This document shows, piece after piece, positions 1 through 11,549 of a DNA stretch of 64,000 nt (position 1 is the first letter of the stretch; each line of letters opens with the position of its first letter). Source of the stretch: Geosiphon pyriformis uo1. Taxonomy: Eukaryota > Fungi > Glomeromycota. The stretch covers positions 190,043 to 254,042 of the forward strand of contig JAAOMT010000570.1 in the NCBI GenBank assembly GCA_016748015.1, read 5' to 3'. The translations under genes and the position numbers were made by a program. Below the pieces are notes generated by a model, which was not told where the DNA came from, did not search any database, and saw nothing but the letters and a program-made list of their open reading frames with translations.

Positions 1-1045
1 CGAGTCTTTGAATGGCATGACTATGAAAGATTGGTTTCAATAGTCAAACATGATCTAGAAAGTCTTGAGTATAATATCTATCATACATGGATGAAAGAAC
101 TTAAAAAACGCTTATTCAAGATGGTTATTCCTGCTGTGATTGAAAGTCAATCATTACCTGGTTTCATTACAAGCGAAAGTCGTTTCCTCACCAAATACAT
201 CACAGGCCCAAGCACTCCTGCTTTCAGCATGGATGATTTACTCAATTTCTTGAACAAAGTATGGAAAGCTATGAAATCATATTATGTAGAAATGTCAGTT
301 GTTCAACAAGTTGTCACCGAATTATTAAAACTTATTGGAGTTACTTCGTTTAATGATTTATTAATGAGGCAAGTGTTTAACCAAAAATCATTAAATTTCA
401 TTACATACAAAAAGCTAATCTTTCATCAATACAATCTATTTTAGACGTAATTTCTGTTCTTGGAAACGAGGTGAATAAAATGTTATTTTGAATCCTGTTC
501 CTGCTTGCAAAAATTTATTCAGAAATCTAATTTTTTTTGATAGCATTGCAAATTCAATACAACATTACTCGTATTGAGGAATGGTGCAAAAGTCATGATA
601 TGCCAGAAGGGACTCTTCAACTGGAGCATTTAATGCAAGCTACGAAACTGTTACTACTCAAAAAGGTACAGTTTGATTGGATTCCTCATATAAATTTAAA
701 TCATTCATTTCACTTTTTCTATCATAGGCTACATTAGGGGATATTGAGATTATCTATGATGTCTGTTGGATATTGACACCGACACAGATTCAAAAGCTAA
801 TTAGTCATTATTTTCTTGCCAATTATGAGGTATTCTAATTTGATTATAGTTTTGATTTAAGCCTAATTCTAGCAACTAAGCATTACTAATCTTAACCTTT
901 ATCACAGAATCCAATTAGCCCCGAAATTCTTAAAGCAGTAGCAAGTCGTGTAGTCGCCAACGATAAAACTGATATTTTGTTATTGGACACAACTTCTTTA
1001 GAGGACTCGAAACCATTTGATAATTACTTGCCAAGAAGGTCATGA
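1..1045 (+). CDS. MYO2: Class V myosin (Myo2-like), 3' part with DIL/cargo-binding domain; exons <1-368, 445-470, 544-665, 728-829, 908-1045
   Basis: Spliced translation FNDLLMRRNFCSWKRALQIQYNITRIEEWCKSHDMPEGTLQLEHLMQATKLL..KKATLGDIEIIYDVCWILTPTQIQKLISHY..YENPISPEILKAVASRV is the fungal myosin V DIL domain. Splice sites are in phase; first intron is GC-AG. Confidence 0.93.
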
Positions 1046-2313
1046 ATTATTATTTTTGTTTTAAAATTAGTTTTCTCTGCCATGCCGGAATAGCTGTCAG
1101 CAGCAGCTCATGCAAAAACTTTGTTACTAGTTTGCAAACTCAATCAGATGTGCTTTTCGAAAGACTTTGTAATTTTCAGATGGTGAACCCACAATAATTG
1201 ATGGTAATTTGTTGAAATTCCAGTTCTCAATATGTAGGATTTTCAATCATTGCATTGTGTAATTTTTAAGATGTTTTTACAAGTATTGAAAGTTTTAAAG
1301 TTGTTTTAATTTTGTAATGTTGAATTTTTTGTGTATTTTGTTTTTTAATTACTTTTAAAAATTTGTTGTTTTGAGTTCCAGTTTTTATTTATTCAAATGT
1401 AAATGTGTTTTTAAAACAATGTTGAATTTTTACATTTGTAAAAATGTTAACTGTTATTTTCTTTTAAAAAGTGTCAGCAATTATAATTTAAAAAAACTTT
1501 TTATATTTTTTATAAATTAAATTTGCAAATAAAAATAATTAATTTGGTTTAAAAAAAAATGCTAATTTTAAAAATTATTTGAATATTAGTTTAATTGATT
1601 TTTTATTGGATATTTTTATTCTTAAAATAATCATGTAGAGCAATTTTAAAAGAATTAAAAAAACAATTGATTATATTTTTGTTTTATTTTTACTTGTTAA
1701 TGTTGTAGCTACTTACAAGATTTTAGATATTAGTGAATTTTTTAATATTAATTACAAAATTGGGTTTATTTTAATTAATTTTAATGATTTTTTGAATGTT
1801 TAATTAATTTTTCTATAAAAACAAAAGAACAAAAATAAATAAGAATACAATTTTAAACATATTAATACTGTTGTTTAAACATATTTTTATATTGTTTTTC
1901 TTGTAAAAATTGTTAATTTGTTAGATTTTTTTTATGATTTTAGAAATTTTAATAATTTGAATTCAATATAAATTATTTCTTATAATATTATATATAATTT
2001 AACTAATAAAATATTTACAAAATCTTGGTTTTATGATTCTAATATTGTTAAACTTAAGAAATATTCTAAATTTTTTAAGTTAGAACTTCTAACATCTAAA
2101 GTAATTAAGACAATTTATTTTGGTTTTTGATTTGTGGCTTCTGATTTGTTAAATAACTAGTTATGTCTTAATATTATTGAGACTATAACCATTCAATTTT
2201 TGTTTAATATAAATTCAAATGTTAGTAACATTTTATTAACAGTAATTAAGATTAAAAAAAAAGTACAGATTAATGAAACTTCATAAATTTTAATTAGCTC
2301 TTAATTTAATAAT

Positions 2314-4325
2314 TGTTACAGTTTAAAATTTTACTAAGAATTATAAATACACTCAGCAAAAAAAAGTCATGGCACACTTTATTATTTTTTTAATAACTTT
2401 TTATTTTATTTAATGCTTAATAATTAGTTGGTCCACCTTTTTTTTTAATACATTCTTCAATACGTTTATATAGATATTTCGTGGAATTACTTACCATTCT
2501 TCTTATAACGCGAGGAATAATTTGTGATTATTTTCGGGGCGCGGATTTCCTTTTTTGAGTTGTTTTTGTAAATAATCTCATAAATGCTCTATTGAATTCA
2601 AATCGATTGTGCTGGCCATTTAGAAAGCAAATTGAGATGTTTTTGAGCCATCCAAGTCTTAACATCTTTAGCTATATGAATTGGGCCATTATATTGTTGA
2701 AATAAATAATGTTTATGATAAAATTTATAATTAATCCATGGTAATAAATGTTTTGGTAAAAGATTAATATATCCAAACCGATTTAATATGCCTTTTACTA
2801 TAACTAAAGAACCTAATCCAGTTCCACAAAAACATTTCCAAATCATAATTCCTCCTCTACCATGCTTTACAGTTGGTGATAAATTTTTTTGTTAAATCTT
2901 GTTCCTTTTTCTCTCCATACTTTTTAAGATCCAAATAACTTCATTCTATTCTTTAATTGTCCAAAAAAATGTTCAATACACCAATTAAGTCGATTTTCTT
3001 GTTGGATTTGAGTTAATAATGGTTTTTTTGCAGCAATTCTTGAGTAAAGACCAATCTTGTATAAGGAAATACTGATAGTTTTTGTTGAAACTTTAAGATT
3101 TTTTTTATTTGGATTTTTTTTAATTGTTTTTTGTAATATTTTGGTAGTTTTTTTTATTAAGAAAAGAAGGTCTACTACTTCTGGGTATAAATTTAATAGT
3201 ATTGGTTTTTTTATAATGAGAAAATATTTTTTGAATAGTTAATTTAGGATAATTAAGTTGTTTTGATATTTATGTAAAGATTTTCCTTCTTCTAAAAGAA
3301 TAATAATTTTAGTATGCTAAAAATCATTTAATTCTTTCCTTTAAACTTTGGATTTTTGAATATTTATGTTTATTAAAAAAATCCCGAAAAATTTAATGTT
3401 GATAAAAAAACGTAAATTAAATATTGTTATTTTAATACATTTCTTAATATTTATAGATAGCTAATATAGTTATAAATAAATTTTTATAGATATTTTTATC
3501 ATTCATAGAACACAAAATGATAAAAATATAAAGCGTTTTATGACTTTTTTCTGCCAAATATAGTATAAATTATCTAATTATAATATAATACAATAATAAT
3601 CTTAGAAAAATAATAATTTATATAATAACAATTATTAAATAGTGTTAATAGTAATAGCAATAAACATTATTTGAAAATATCAAAACTAAAATATTGCAAT
3701 ATGTTTTCTCATAGAACTATATATATATATAATAATTTTAATATTGAAAAAAAGTATTTTTCAATCTTTTAATTTTTATTATTTATTATTTATATTAATT
3801 ATTTTTAAATAAATATCTAAATAAATCTTTAAATCAAAAAAAAATAAAAAATAATATTAAAAACTAAATTATTACAACAAAAGTATTAGAAAATTCACTT
3901 GTATTAACTATTAAATAAAACTATTATTTATTAACTAAAATTTTTGGAAGAATAATTCCTAATTAAGATTATTTATATTATTACTAATTAATAAAAATTT
4001 TATTGTAAAATTAGAAAAAGCATTAAAAAGTTATTAATATTTTGTATTTCTAAATTAAAAAAACATTTTAAACAATTATAAAAATAGTTTTAAAGAAAAC
4101 TTTAAAAATAATAAATAGATTTCAGATTAGATTTAAAAAAAAAATACATAAATACATAACAATAATCAAAGATTAAAAAAAAACTTATATTGTAATATTA
4201 ACAAAAAAATTTTATCATAATATTAATAATATTATATAATTAAAATTTAGAAATTCATAAAAAACTAATTATAATTAAACCAAAAATATTAACTATTAAT
4301 ATATTAAAAAAACACTTCTATAATA
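2314..4325 (+). mobile_element. Old decayed LTR of Ty3/Gypsy family A (probably solo), interrupted by a Tc1/mariner
   Basis: 2314-2349 (tgttacagtttaaaa..) joined to 3561-4325 aligns by eye along the whole LTR at 4870-5743 (e.g. ataataatcttagaaa, gttttctcatagaacta, ggaagaataattc, end aacacttctataata), with many C>T/G>A changes. TSD not recoverable. Confidence 0.8.
2350..3560 (-). mobile_element. Degenerate Tc1/mariner DNA transposon (~1.2 kb)
   Basis: Imperfect ~31 bp TIRs (CACTCAGCAAAAAAAAGTCATGGCACACTTT vs reverse complement TATTTGGCAGAAAAAAGTCATAAAACGCTTT), TA on both sides, and a DDE transposase remnant MIWKCFCGTGLGSLV..YLFQQYNGPIHIAK..KWPAQS at 2598-2846. Confidence 0.88.
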
Positions 4326-4869
4326 CTATTTATGCTACTGTTTTAAATATATAAAGAGTTTTGCTTTTAATAAAAACATATAATTTAAAATATTTTAAAG
4401 TATTTATTTTGTTATAGATAACAATTTTATTTTTATTTTTAATAAATTAAATTCAAAATAAACAATATTATAAAAAACTAAACCAAAAAAAATTATAATT
4501 ATAAATATAACTATATTAATATTTTTTATTATTTTATATTGATAATAATGTTTTTTTTAATATAATAAATATAATAAGTCTTAATAAAATAATTGCTATA
4601 ATATAAATTTGTTTAATAATAAAACTGTTAATTTGGTTAAAATTTTTAATAAACTTTAAAAATATTATAATAAATTTATTTTGCAATTTCTATTGTATTT
4701 GTTAATTCTCTGTATATTATGTAAATTTGTATTTGATTTGTAAATAAAAACATAAATTTTTATAAATTTTTATCTAATTGTATTAATTAAGACTGTTAAA
4801 AAAATTTTGTTAAAAATTTTGTCTAATTATATTTTAACAATTTATAACAAATTAAAAATACTCTGATGT

Positions 4870-5743
4870 TGTTACAATTTAAAAATTTAGCAAAAAAATT
4901 ATAAAAATAATATAAACTATTCAATCATAATATAACGCAGTAATAATCTTAGAAAGGTAATGATTAACATAGTAGTAAACACCATCTCGCAATAGTGGCA
5001 AGCACCAGTTCACAATAGCAGTTAACACCAACTGGTGATAGCAGCAAACACCAGATTAAAATATCAAAAAGAAAGTATTACAATGTGTTTTCTCGTAGAA
5101 CTACAAACATGTATATATACAGTAGTTTTAATATTGAGAAAAGAGAATCAAGTAATAAAAATCATAATTTATTAAGCAATAAATCCAATTTTATCCAACA
5201 AACCCCACTTTAAATCATACTTTCAAATTAAATATCTCAAAAAACCTTTAAATCAAAAAGAAATGAAAAAAAATATTTAAAACTGAATTATCACAACCCA
5301 AAGTATTAAGAAACTTACTTGTATTATTTATTGAATGAAACTATCATTCATCAACTGAATCCCTTGGAAGAATAATTCTTGATCAAAATTATTCATGTTG
5401 TTACTAATTGATAAAAGCTTTATTGTAAGAATTAGGAAAAGCACTAAAGACCATTAACCTTCTGTATTTCTAGATTAAAGAAACACATCAGGCAATTGCA
5501 AGAATAGCCTCAGAGAAGACCCCAAACAGTGGGTAGATTTCAGTTCAGCCTCTGAAAAGGAGTACATAAACACACACAACAATCAGGAATTGAAGAATAA
5601 TTTACATTGCGACATTAAAAAGAAAGCCTTCAGTATAACAGTGACATTATCACACAAATAGAATTGAAGAACTCACAAAAGACTGATTGCAATTAAAACG
5701 GGATATTGGCAATTAAATATAATAAAAAAACCATCCTGTAATA
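4870..5743 (+). repeat. 5' LTR of element A
   Basis: TGTTAC...GTAATA; direct repeat of 13694-14567 with about 28 substitutions by manual count. Confidence 0.97.
4969..5060 (+). repeat. 4 x 23-bp tandem array in LTR A (consensus ATAGYRGYAAACACCA..), upstream of a TATA-like box
   Basis: Units atagtagtaaacaccatctcgca / atagtggcaagcaccagttcaca / atagcagttaacaccaactggtg / atagcagcaaacaccagattaaa; gtatatatac at 5111-5120. Confidence 0.8.
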
Positions 5744-5745
5744 TT

Positions 5746-5763
5746 TGGTGCTTCCTATAAGGA
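5746..5763 (+). promoter_or_regulatory. Primer-binding site of element A (TGGTGCTTCC..., tRNA-Thr-like)
   Basis: TGG 2 nt after the LTR end; complementary to a tRNA ending GGAAGCACCA. tRNA identity is inferred. Confidence 0.7.
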
Positions 5764-5825
5764 AAGAAAATCAAAAAAGAAATAATAATTAGCAATAATT
5801 CATTGCTAAAAAGAAAGAGACAAAA

Positions 5826-8800
5826 GTGGTGACAAAAATCCCTAATCTTATTGTTTTTAAATTCTGCCATGCTATTTACACACAAAATCAAAGTAATCTT
5901 GGATTACCAGAAAAGTATTGTTCAGCAGAATCTGCCCTCACTTATTATATTAATGCCAGAATAAATTATCATATAGGAAAGAAAAAAGAACCACACGATG
6001 CAAAACTTGGATTGTATAGAGAATTATCACAATACACTACAAAAGAAATAACAATAATAGCTGCAACTATTGTCAAAATCCATCGAGAAATTGAGCAATA
6101 TGCCAATGAAAATTTTCTAATATCCACAAGAAACACTAGGGAACACACCAACAAAACCAAAAAAAATTCAGAAACTAATCAAAAAAGTAACCAGCAAAAA
6201 CTAGGAACACCTGCTTCAACACCAAAGAAAACTGTTACTCAATCAATAAAAAAACAATGTATTTATTCACCAGAAGATAAATCATACCATTTTTCACCAG
6301 AAAATAAGATACAAATTTTATTAGAAGCTGCATCATCATCAATATTAACTCCACAAATGCCAAGAACTCCTAATTATACTGATAAAATTAAACAATGTAA
6401 CTGGGGAGATATATCAATTACAGGAGGATATTCATTACTATTCCAAAACTCTCTTTTTCAGCCAAAATTCAGAACAGGGTTTGAAAACTGTGAAGAGAAG
6501 TCTGAATCAGAATTCAAAAAAGAGACCAGTGAAAAAACAATTACAAAACTGGTCACTGGAACAAGCAGCCAGTCCAAAAACCAAGAAACTCGTGATCAAG
6601 AAAAAGAACTGGATATAAAGAAAGCCACCTTCAGGAATGCTCAAGAAAATATCATCTCACCTCCTCTTAGACCAATAAGCCCACCAGCAGAAAACAGCAA
6701 TGAAATGGTCACACTATACATTGCAAGACTGACAGATTTCTCAGGGGAAAAAGAAGAAACAGACATGCACACATGGTTCAGAGAGGCACAAAAAGCCATC
6801 TAGGCAAATAACTGGAATGACCAAAGAGCAATTCAAACATTACCTTTCATCCTGAAAGACACAGCCGACTCATGGTATCAAAGCCTGGAAACAAAACCCA
6901 TAAGCTTTGCCGAATTTAAAAATGCACTCCTGGAGTATTTTAGCGATCCAAATGCCATAATCCAACTACAGAACAAATTCAATACTATCAAGCAAAATAC
7001 TGGTAAAACTGTTACTCAATACCTTTTTCAATTCAATCAAATTTGCCGTCAGATTAAAACAATTAAACAAAAATACTATACTGATCCTCAGGTTTTAAAT
7101 CAGTTTATTAGAGAATTAAAAAGCAGCATTTTAGGAAGAGTACGCCCTGCCCACCCTAATTCCTTACCAGAAGCTGTTATGCTTACCAGAGCCCTTGAAT
7201 CGGCTAAGAAAAAAGCTAACTATAATTAAATGGTTAACATAGTAATGGAGGAAAATAAGACAGAAACATTAGAAAAAAGAGTAATGCAATTAGGAAAGGA
7301 ACTCTCTAAGAAAATAGAAAGTTACCTTATCCCAAATCCGAGAAAAAATACATACCAACCACCCCAAAGATGCAGCCAGGAAGTCAGTGACAGTCAAAAT
7401 AATCACTTGTCATGCCAGGAATTCAGAACAGAAATGCACGCCTGCCATTTTTGCAAACACATAGAACATTTGATTAATCAATGTCAAATGCGAATGATAC
7501 AAGAAGCATGCGAAAATAATTACTATGCACCACCCCAAATGCCCAGAAACCAGTACATGCCAATACCATGCTAATATCCCACCACGTATCAAAATCAAGG
7601 AGCATACCAGCAACAGCCCATGATAGCCAACCCGAATTGGCATTCTGAGGCCCGAAATCAGCCCATGTAAAACCAGAACACGTTGGTTCAGAGGAATCCA
7701 AACTGCACTGGAACCAATCAGCAAACCAATCCAAACTACCAAAATTATCAACAAACTTACCTTAATATACTGGAAAATCTAATCATTGGAAACAATGACA
7801 GTAGAAACATAAACAGAACCAAAAATTTTTTCAACAAATTGAGCCAGACAATACCACCAGCAGTTGCCATCGAAGATAGCAGTCTCACAGCTATTTTTCC
7901 TTTTGAATTAGAGGAAAACGAGGCTATGTTCAGTGGAGCAGCATTGGACAAAAAACGCCTAATTACTGCTATGTATATGGAAGCCACTGTAAATAATACC
8001 CCAATCAAACTTATCTTAGACAGTGAATCTGCTAGAAGCATCGTAATGCTTCAACTAGTAAACCAACTGGGTTTCAAAGTTGATTGTGCTGCGATGTCCC
8101 AAATCATAACAGCCGATGGAAGTACAAAGCTGCCTCATGGCGAAATTGACTTATTCCCTTTCAAAATTAATGGCATAGTAATACCTACAAAAGTATTAGT
8201 AATGGATGCTACACAATATTAAATGTTAGTAGAGAATGACTGGCTAACAAAAGCCAATGCCACCTTAGACTGGACCATCCAAGAGCTTCTGATCAATTAT
8301 AATGGCCACCAGGCCAGAATTCCAGCCACCTGTGGTCACTTCCAAAAACCCAGTACTAACCAAAGACCTATTTTTAAATTTGAGAAAAATTCAGCACTAC
8401 CAGCCATTGAAACCTATTAGCTCTTTTGGGCTGATGACCAAAAACAGGACTACCAGTCGTACCAATGTGGACCAGCGAAGAAAGATCCAAATGGAACCAG
8501 ATAAGTTCATAAAGAAACCACCAGTGACGCAGACCAAAACTAGAATGCTCAGTTTGCAAGAAGAAACTCTCGTTTATGACTGCATGCAGCACACCAGACA
8601 AAAATCCAAGAAACCCCACCCACTACTATTGTAACTATTGTAACAAAAAAAAATACGGTTACCCAGAAAGACATGGAAAATGGGACGAAGAACTATGTCT
8701 CGCTTGTGAAAAACCATTACCAAGAGAGTGCAACTGGAACAACATACCAGGCAGAGGAGAAACATGTGACACAACTTGCCAATACATGATTCTCATCTGT

Positions 8801-11520
8801 GACTGGGTAAGAGGAAGAATGCCGTTTGAAGCAGCATTCAACAGAGTATTAAAAAGACTACAGCACTACTCACATGACAAAAATGAGTTGTACAATACCA
8901 CACAAGCCAAAGTAAGAGGAAGAACTGCCAAAGAAATATGATGTTGGAAAGAGTCAGCCAAAGTAGCCGACAAAGTTGCCAGCTACAACATGTTTGACCC
9001 AGTGGATGAATTCCAGGACTACTACCAACAACTATGCCCCACTCGACAAGAGCAAGAACAATATCTTGTCCAAATCAACACTTATCTCTGCGAAAACTGT
9101 CTTATCTTGTGCCAAAATCAGTACTGTAAAAAGTGTCAAGACGAAAGGGACTTAGAAAGAAAAATGGAAATTGAGAATTAGCAGTCTCAAAATCAATCAA
9201 TAAATTAACAAAACTCACTTGACGGTCCCAAGTCAGAAAAATTTGTAGCCTATACTGACCTAGAACAGGTAACCAACATCTGATATTTCGACAATAGACA
9301 CTTAGGAATAATACCCAAAAAAGCCCATCCAACCAATGCCAGATTTGATCTATGTTATCCAGAAGACCAATTCACAATGTTACCACCTAGGAGCATCACC
9401 AAAATTGACCTAAAAATAGCAGTTGAAATTCCGCCAGAAATAATGGTTCAAATAGCATTATGATCAAGCCTCGCAAAAAAAGAAATAAGCATTCAAGAAG
9501 GAGTAATGGAAATTTGATGGTTTTGCTACAGAACAATGCAGAAAAGCCTTATACCATTGAATTTAAAGAAAAGATTGCACAAGCAATTTTTCTATCATTG
9601 GTAAAAATTGGGAAATTCGTGCCAGTGGAAAATCATAAGGAATTGTCACAAACAACGAGAGGAACTTTTGGTTTTGGATCAACAAGAAAAAAAATTGAAG
9701 CAAATTTCATTGAAACAATAGAGGAAAAAGGCGAAGTAATTAAAACTGAATAGTCCATTACACTCCTATCATATGGAAAATCAGAAATAAGAATAAAAAA
9801 AACAATTAAAGAAAAAGACCTAATATTTGAGCCCTACCCAGAAACTTGTCAACAGTTTCTCATAAGACTTACTAACCTTTTTATTCCAGCTAATAAAGCT
9901 CAATGGATAAAAATTCCTATTGCAAACACCACAGAAGAACCCGTCTACATTCTGGAAGATACCATCATTGGATACCTTAGAACAGAGCTAGAAAATGCGT
10001 CAACACCACAAGAAATTCTAAATTTTCCAGAAATTGCCCTCTACTGTGAACTCACTTCAATAAATTGGCAACAACTGTTGGAATGCTATCAATTTATGAC
10101 AGAAGAATTGACCAAATTAAACATTGAAACAATGGATCCTGACCAACAGCGACAATTAAAAGTATTAATTTTAAAATACTCTGATATATTTTCATGAAAC
10201 AGCGAATTTGGAAGAACCAACTTGGTTCAACACCAAATCCTCACTGGAGATGCCAGATCTGAAAAACAATGCACTTACCATGTTTTACCAATGGAGCATA
10301 ATTTTATTAGAGAAGAAGTCCAAAGCATGTTGAAAAAAGGAATAATACAATTATCAATGAGCCCATGGTCCTTACCAGTTGTTTTAGTAAGGAAAAAAAA
10401 TGGAATAATTAGATTTTGCATCAACTATCACAAACTAAACAGCAAAACAACCAAAGACTCATACCCAATACCATTAATTAACGAAATCTTCAATGTTTTT
10501 AGAGGAGCAAAATGGTTTTCTACACTGGACTTGACCAGTGAGTACTAGCAAGTAGAAATAGACCCAAAAGACAGGCATAAAACAGCATTCACAACACAAA
10601 ATGGCAATTATGAGTTCAATATAATGCTATTTGGATTAACAAACACTCCTGCGACATTCCAAAGACTAATAGACATAATTTACTCCAGAATCCTGTAGCA
10701 ATCTGTTGTTGTCTACTTGAATGATACAAATGTTTTCTTGTCAAAATTCATGGATTATCTCCAATATTTACAACAAGTTTTTGAAAGATTGAGACACACT
10801 GAACTTAAACTAAATCTAGATAAATGTTTCTTTGGGAAAAATGAGCTAGTATTTTTAGGACACATAGTTGGAAAAGATAGAATAAAACTAGATTCATCAA
10901 AAATAGACAAAGTGAAAAATTTTCCAGTACCTCAAAACATTTCAGAAGTTAGAAGCTTTTTAGGACTCACATCTTACTACTGCCGCTTTGTAAAAAACTT
11001 TTCAAACATTGCCAAACTCCTTAATTACTTACTATCCAAAAATGTGAAGTTTAAATAGACTGAAGCACAACAAAAAGCTTTCGAGTATCTTAGATAAAAG
11101 CTCATTGAATCACCAATAATGATCTATCCAAATTTCAACAAGAAATTCATTTTGGCCACAGATGTCTCTGGAACTGGACTTGGAGCCATTCTGTCACAAA
11201 AAGATAATAATGGAAGAAAACGTGTAATTGCTTATGCCAGCAAAAGTCTCAGTACAGCAGAGCAAAACTATACAGCACACGAACTTGAATGCTTAGCAGT
11301 AGTCTGGAGTTGTGTTCACTTTGACACATATTTATGGTACCAACTCTTTGAGATTACCACAGATCATAGAGGTCTGATCTGGTTAAATAACAAGAAAGTG
11401 CTAAAAAGAAAATACACCAGATGGTCACAAATGTTAGCACTATACGATTATATTATTAAATACAAAAAAGGTACCAAAAATGCTAATGCTAACTGTTTGT
11501 TAAGAATGAGACACACATAA
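5826..11520 (+). pseudogene. Element A ORF1: extended Gag (capsid, CCHC knuckle), aspartic protease, Cys-rich domain, dUTPase, RT, RNase H
   Basis: IARLTDFSG capsid start; CHFCKHIEHLINQC; LILDSESARS protease; RGTFGFGST dUTPase motif V; SPWSLPVVLV, FCINYHKLN, YLNDT (YLDD) RT; ILATDVSGTGLGAILSQ RNase H. Confidence 0.93.
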
Positions 11521-11549
11521 AAATCACCAACCCACCTGCCACAACAACA

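Noticed and set aside
4969-5060. LTR tandem arrays as CRISPR-like repeats
   Set aside because: Eukaryotic context, no unique spacers of suitable length, no cas genes.
5742-5743. Both 5' LTRs end in TA rather than CA
   Set aside because: Consistent with the general C>T decay; two cases cannot show a programmed feature.
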